Shown here: positions 57,176 through 64,000 of the stretch, piece by piece
Position numbering within the stretch: the first letter of the stretch is position 1
Layout: each line of letters starts with the position of its first letter
Source: Dictyostelium discoideum
Lineage: Eukaryota
Reading direction: 5' to 3'
DNA length: 64,000 bases
Assembly (NCBI GenBank): GCA_000004695.1
Contig: CM000152.2
Coordinates: forward strand, 1,248,001-1,312,000
Translations under genes and position numbers: made by a program
The notes under the pieces: model-generated
Databases searched by the model: none
What the model was told of the DNA's origin: nothing
Seen by the model: only the letters and a program-made list of their open reading frames with translations

Positions 57176-58088
57176 GTATTATCTAATTCACTTGATAAAC
57201 TAAAACTATCACTACCATTACTCTTTTTAATATCTTCTTCACTTGAATTAATTTCACTTGTTGTAACAGCCGATGTTGTAATTATGGTTGGTAGTGAATT
57301 ATTATTATTATAATTATTATTATCATTAACTGATGATACGATTGGTGAGCTACAATTACCACTACCACTACTACTATTTCTACTATTACAATTATTATTA
57401 TTATTAACTCTTGGTAAAGTTGGAGAACCAGCACAACCAAGATCAGATGAATCAGTCATACCATTTTCAGTAGTTTCAACGGATGCTTGTTTTATTGGTG
57501 ATGAAGAGGAAGATGATGATGTTTCTTTTCTTGGTGAACTTAATAAATTTGATGATAAATTTGATTCTAAAATCTTTTCAAAAGTACCCATATTATTGTT
57601 ACTATTATTACTATTGCTATTATTTTGATTTTGATCAATATTACAACCTATACCATAGTTTGTTAATAAATTTAAAGAGATTGGAGTAATTAATTGTTTA
57701 GTTTTTAATGGTAAATATTTTTCACTTTGACTTCTTTCCATTTTAATTGGACTAACTGTATTACTACTATCACCACTACTATTACCATTTTCATTATTAC
57801 CAACACCACTGTTATTATTATTATTACTATTGTTATTAATTAAAGTTGTTTTTGTTGTTGATACTGATGAAGAAAGACCACCAATATTAAAATAATCGAA
57901 ATTAACTTTTTTAGGTGAAGACCAAGTATTGAATGAATATTTTCTAATTGGTTTCTCTTGATCCTCTAAAGTGAAACTTCTATACAAAAGGTCATGTTGC
58001 GAACTCTTTTTCTCTAATGGTATTTTCTTTGTTGATTCAAATTCTGGAATTGAAAATATATTCTTTAAATCTCTTGTATTTGAATTAT

Positions 58089-58145
<57 letters not shown>

Positions 58146-58296
58146 GTGTTGTTGTTTTTATTGAATCATCAGATTTTGGTTGATCAGTTAAAGGTTCTTT
58201 GATTTCATTATCTGTTGAAGATGAAAGTGATGGTAAAATAACTGCTTCAATTTGTGATCTTGGTGATAATAATCCATACATTGATGGACTAATATC

Positions 58297-58338
<42 letters not shown>

Positions 58339-59272
58339 TTTATTAATTGATACTTGTGGTACAGGGGTTCTAGTATTAGTTGTAGTTGTTGAAGAACTAG
58401 TATTAACGGAATTGGTAGTAATACTTGTATTAGAGGAAGTTACAGTTGTACTTGTAGTAGTATTATGGTGATGACGTGGTTGTTGTTGTTGTGGTTGTGG
58501 TTGTGGTTGTGGTGGTTGTTGAATTGGTTCACCAAAAATATTTGAATTTGGAGTTAAAATTAAAGTTAATCTTGGATCGGCATTTAAAAGATAAGCAGTT
58601 TTTTGAAAATTTTGAATTTGTTTAATACAATTATACATTAATTTCAATTTATTTAAATTCAAAGACCAACTATCTTCATTGATACCACAATAATCAGTAT
58701 TACCCTCTTGAATAAAGGTCATATCTGATAGAATTAAACCCAAGAAAGGTATACATGGAGTTGTAATGGTTTTTAATTCATTTCTATAGTTTTTAAAATT
58801 TTCATCACTTTCCATCAACTTTTCTAAATCTGATAATGTTTTTTGATGAGTTTTTGGTAATATCTTTTTTGTCCATTTTAAACGAGTTATTGAGGAATGA
58901 CTTATACCAGCATAGATGGCCATCAATGAATTATAGTTATGTAGCTCGTGTAAGTTTTTAGCAATCTTTATGAATCTTGCCATAACTTTACAACGATCTT
59001 TTAATTTCTCTTCATTTAAAATGGTTTGAATTACATTCATAGAGATCTCATTGAATCTATTGATTAACTTTATAATATTTGGTGCTTTATCCTTTAAATG
59101 TGGTTTACCCCATGCTCCATTCATTAACTCTTGAGTTTCAATACAAATAAAAATTGAAAAATCAATTGCTGTCAATGATTTTGCAATCTCTTTTGCTGGT
59201 GCATCCATAATTGATAAAAATATATCACTACTACTCCATGTCGATGATCTTGGTCTAGTTTGTACCCAAAAT

Positions 59273-59338
<66 letters not shown>

Positions 59339-59899
59339 CCACTACTATTTACTGAAGAGAATGAAGTTGAATTTGAATTTGAAATATTATTACCATTATT
59401 AAATGAAATTGAAGGTGAAGATATAATTGAAGCATGACTTGATGGTTGTTGTTGTTGTTGATTATGATTACCACCAATACTTGAACTTCTATTATGAGTA
59501 CGAGATGGTTTATGTGATGATGATGATGGTTGTTGTTGGTTTTGAGTTAAATGTAAATCATATTCAGTCTCATAAGTATTACTTGAAGTATTCTCTAATG
59601 ATGTTAAACTTAATACACTATCATTAGTTTGTTGTGGACTAAATCTTCTATTTTGAGTTGGTGAAGATGGTGGTGATGGTGTTGAAGATGATTGATATTG
59701 TTTTTGCATTAAATCAAATTCAAATCCTGTTGATTTCAATGATGTTGATAAAAATGTTTTAATCTTTAATGTTGCTTTCTTATTTAAATATTTCTTTTCA
59801 ATTAATTCTGCATTTGTTAAACTAATTTTTTTAATTTCTTCATTTTCATTAATATTATTTTCGTCATTTATATTATCATTACCATCATCATCATCATCA

Positions 59900-59937
<38 letters not shown>

Positions 59938-61050
59938 GTTTTCTATATTATCATTTTCTTTTTCTTTATCTTTTATATCTTCAAGTTTATTATTATTATT
60001 ATCTTGATTACCGCTATTATTATTATTATTATTATTATTATTTTCACAATTTTCATTATTATTTTCAATATTTTCAAGTTCGATTTCATTATTTTCTTTT
60101 TTATTTACATTATTATTATTATTATTATTTTCATTTTCATTTTCAGTTTCATTAATTGGATTTAAATCTAAACATCTTTCAGTGATTTTTGTTTCTAATA
60201 AATAAATTAATTGATTTCTTAATTCAAATATTTTACCATACAAATATGAATTATGAGTATTCTTTATATCCACTACAAAATCTTTAAACTCCGATGCAAA
60301 TGTATAATCACAAAGTTGTGATATATTATAATCTTTTAACCAACATTTAATAATACTACAAATTCTTAATTGAATTTGAGGTGATTCCGATTTAAATCTA
60401 TAATTTATAAATTTTTTGAAAAAAAAAAATATATATATATTAGTAATTTTAAAAACAAAAATAATATTAAATATTTCTTGGGGGAGAATAGGATACTTAC
60501 AAAGAAATTAATTCATTTAAAATATCTCTTGATGAAAATATACATTCATAAGTTGTAAAAAATGATTTAAATAAAATTGAATCATCAGAAGATTCTGAAA
60601 TTAATTTTAAAAGCATTTTTTTTAAACTATATAATAGAATCACTCTCTTTTGTTTCTCCTCTTCAATACCATCAATAATTGATTGTGGTATATGTCTAAC
60701 TGATGATGATAATGATGTTATTGGTGCTGATGATGTTGTTGTATTTGAAGATGATGATGAGGTTGATGTTGTTGTTGTTGTTACAGTTGATGAATTATTA
60801 TTATTGTTGTTTGTTCCATCTAGTTTTTGTAAATGTAATTGCAATTGTATTAAATCTCTACTTTGTTGTTCTTCCAATAATAATTGTTGTTGTTGTTGAT
60901 GATGTTGTTTTTCATCAACACCTAAACCAGTACCAGAACTTCTTAAAACTTGAACCAATCTTTCAAATGGATTACCATTGAAATTCATTGACTGATCCCA
61001 TTTTGGAATTGCAACTGTATATCTTTTATGCCTGTTATTAGTTGAAAAAC

Positions 61051-61095
<45 letters not shown>

Positions 61096-61724
61096 TATTA
61101 TTATTACTATTATTATTATTATTATTTTGTGATGATGGTTGTGATGTTATTACAGGTGATTGAGTGATTGGTGTCGTAAATACTGACGATGATGACATTG
61201 ATAAAGAATTTGATGATGGTGATTGTACAAGTGTATTTTGATGATTGTTTTGAACATGTTGATTATTCGTTAATATTGATGATGTACCTGATGTTGTTTC
61301 AATATTTATTCCGCTATCTATTGAATAATCTGTTTCATTATCTTCATCATTATTATTACTATTATTACTATTATTATTATTATTATTATTAATATTATTA
61401 TTATTATTATTATTATCATTATTATCATTATTGGTATTATTATTATTATTTTCAAATGGATTAATTTGAGTATGATTTGAAGATGGAGTTGTAGAAATTG
61501 TAGTTAAGAAAGATTCACTAGTTTGTCTATCAATACGTGGTGGTGTTACATTACCAGATAATAAAATATTACTACCATTACTGCTACTATTACTACGTGG
61601 TGATTTTGGTAATCTAATATTCTCATTCAATTGTGTCGCCATTAATTGTATTTTTTTAATAGTTTCTTCTCTTTCCATCTCTTTATTTCTAATTGTATTA
61701 TTTGGTGTAATTGTATTATCAATA

Positions 61725-61756
<32 letters not shown>

Positions 61757-62619
61757 TCTATTTCTTTGAGTATTAATTACAGCGGATGTTGTTAAACTAT
61801 GATTATGTGCATGATGAGTATTACCACTATGATTATTATTACTATTATTATGTTGGTGGTGGTGATGATGTTGTTGTTGTTGCTGTTGTTGTTGTTGTAA
61901 ACTATCTTTATCACTAAATGAATAAGAAGTTGATAATAAATTTGGAGAAGAAGTGAATTGTTGTTGATTTTGTTGATTTTGAATTGATGGTTGATTAGAA
62001 CCTAATGAACCACCATTACCAAGTGATTGTGAATCAATTTTAAAATCCTCTTCTGAAATTGGATCATCTTTATTCTTTCTTGATAATAATCTAACGAAAA
62101 TACTACCTCTATTCTTCTTTTTCTCTTGTGCTGATAATACATTACTATTAACTGATCCTGTTCCAAGTATAGTTCTATTGTTATTGTTATTGCTATTATT
62201 TACATGTAAACTATCATCCATTGATATATTTGATGATATACTATTTGAACTTGAATTTAATGGATTATTAGAAACTGTTGCTGTATTTGTTGTAGTTGTT
62301 GTTGCTGCTGTATTTATTGGCTCGTGTTGTGTTGGGTCAATTGGTGTTGTAATTTTCATTGACTTTCTTGATGCTTTTGATATTAATGTATTTATTGAAA
62401 GTTTATCTTTTTTCTCTGATTTTGATCTTGGTCTATTTATTGTACTATTACTATTATTATTATTATTATTACTTTCAAATGTTTTATTATTGGCAGCACT
62501 TGTAGTACTTATTGAGAAAGATACAGTTGATGCATTACTATATGTTGAATTAATACTACTATTTGAATCCTGTCTTGTTAAAGTTGGGACCACTATTTCT
62601 TTTTCATGATTTGATTCAC

Positions 62620-62704
<85 letters not shown>

Positions 62705-62875
62705 TTCACTATTTTCACAAGCAACATCTGTACTATTATTATCTGCACCATTTGTTACAACAGCGTCCTGTTGATTATGATTTTTTGATGAGGACTTTGT
62801 TTTAAATGGATTGAATAGTCTAGATTTATGCTTTTCTTTAGTACCATCCTTTTCTGCATGTCCATGGCCATCCAT
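56620..62875 (-). CDS. Ras guanine-nucleotide exchange factor (RasGEF_N/REM + CDC25-homology catalytic domain), about 2050 aa; complement(join(56620..60397,60501..62875))
   Basis: CDC25-homology domain: ...VMARFIKIAKNLHELHNYNSLMAIYAGISHSSITRLKWT...TTPCIPFLGLILSDMTFIQEGNTDY. The REM domain (...SDDSILFKSFFTTYECIFSSRDILNELIS / L FKSESPQIQLRICSIIKCWLKDYNISQL) is split by an intron with a GTAAGT donor at 60495-60500 (phase 2) and a tatAG acceptor at 60398-60399, 103 nt long. Enormous N/Q/S/T low-complexity regions are present. Confidence 0.8.
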
Positions 62876-62942
62876 TTTTTGTAAATTTTTTTTTTTTTTT
62901 TTTTTTTTTAATTTTTTTTTAATTTTTTTTTTGTGATTATTT

Positions 62943-63002
<60 letters not shown>

Positions 63003-63089
63003 TAATTATTTTTTTTAATTGAGTCAAATTGAAATATAAAATCAATGAAATTTTCAAAAAATATATTTGATTTTTTTTATTATTGATTT

Positions 63090-63128
<39 letters not shown>

Positions 63129-63227
63129 AAAATGTTTTGTTTAACAAATTTTAGATTTTTATTTTTCCCACTATCTTTAATACAATATAATATTTTACAA
63201 AAAATAAAAATCTAATTTTATTTTATA

Positions 63228-63290
63228 TGTGGATGTGTTGTGTGTGTGGGTCTGAGTTGAATTTAAAGGGAGGGGGTAGGTGTGAGATGT
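63228..63290. promoter_or_regulatory. GT-rich G-box-like element (tgtggatgtgttgtgtgtgtggg) plus a G-rich block (aagggagggggtaggtgtgagatg), about 350-420 bp upstream of the RasGEF start codon on the minus strand
   Basis: Same sequence class as the element at 52800-52850. Conspicuously G-rich in an AT-rich background. Confidence 0.35.
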
Positions 63291-64000
63291 TGATTGAATG
63301 AATTAATTAATAAATAAATAAATAAATAAATAAATAAATATCTAATAGTTTCTAATAAAAAACTATTTTAACTGTTTTGATTGGTTGTGGGTTTTTTTTT
63401 TTTTTTTGATGGTACAATTACAATAGGTTTATTATTTTAAATTGATACTATTGGTATTTTGATATTTTATTTTTATTTTATTTTTATTTTATTATTTTTT
63501 TTATTTTTTTTGACTGATTTTTTTTTTTTTATTTTATTTTTTTTTTTTTTTGATGATTTTTATTATTATTAATATACTACTACTTATTACTATTACAGCT
63601 TTGAAAAAAATATTTTGAAAACCACAAACAATGCAATATTTTACTTTGAATTTATTTGAATTGATTTTATGACTATTAATTATTATTTTTATTGTAAAAA
63701 ATTGTTGTTGTGGACGATTGAAAAAAATAAAAAAAATAAAAAATTTTAAAAAAAAAAAAAAAAAAAAAAAGAAATTGAAATTTTTTTTTTTTTTTTATTT
63801 GAAAAGTGGAGAAATCTAAAAATAAAAAAATAAAAAAAAGAATTAATATTTTTTAAATAATTATTAAAAAAACTTGAAAATGAAACTTAATAAATCCATG
63901 ATAGATATTATTAAAAAAAAAATATATAGCTTTATTTATTTTTAAAAAAGAAAAATAAAATAATTTAAAAATAAGAAAAAAAGTTTTTTTTAATCGAATA

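Overview
This window reads as nuclear genomic DNA from Dictyostelium discoideum or a very close dictyostelid. It is extremely AT-rich, with long poly(A)/poly(T) intergenic tracts, (AAT/ATT)n and (CAA/TTG)n coding microsatellites that give poly-Asn and poly-Gln runs, and short AT-rich introns with GTAAGT/GTATGT donors and ...tag acceptors. I found no prokaryotic features (CRISPR arrays, operons, IS elements), no convincing tRNA or rRNA genes, and no recognisable DIRS, TRE or Skipper retroelements.

About 22 protein-coding genes are present, and many are split across several six-frame ORFs by introns that I resolved by hand. In order along the window:
- an IQ-motif, coiled-coil, acidic protein built on a 30-bp tandem repeat
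- a WDR82/Swd2 orthologue with 5 exons
- a DDX60-like Ski2-family DExH helicase of about 1816 aa
- a SMYD-type SET/MYND methyltransferase
- a small 2-TM protein with a Q/Y-rich tail
- an AT-rich desert at 14.0–16.3 kb carrying three paralogous 35–44-codon ORFs
- a presequence-bearing hypothetical protein
- a Tad3/ADAT3-like inactive deaminase subunit
- TAF11
- an NDR/LATS kinase
- proteasome alpha-6
- ETF-ubiquinone oxidoreductase
- a 918-aa WD40 protein assembled from four ORFs
- actin-interacting protein 1 (AIP1/WDR1, 597 aa)
- a large presequence-bearing helical protein
- a twin-Cx9C protein
- a choline/ethanolamine phosphotransferase with 5 exons
- an ankyrin-like polyQ/polyN protein
- an EcKL/CHK kinase-like protein
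- an OSR1/SPAK-like STE20 kinase
- a His-rich protein
- a RasGEF of about 2050 aa

Candidate regulatory elements include GT/CA-rich GBF-type G-boxes, and a conspicuous cluster of GTAACGTT (ACGT-core) motifs upstream of the His-rich gene.

All identifications rest on motif recognition and remembered family sequences. No database search was run. Intron boundaries are inferred from reading frame and consensus splice sites only.
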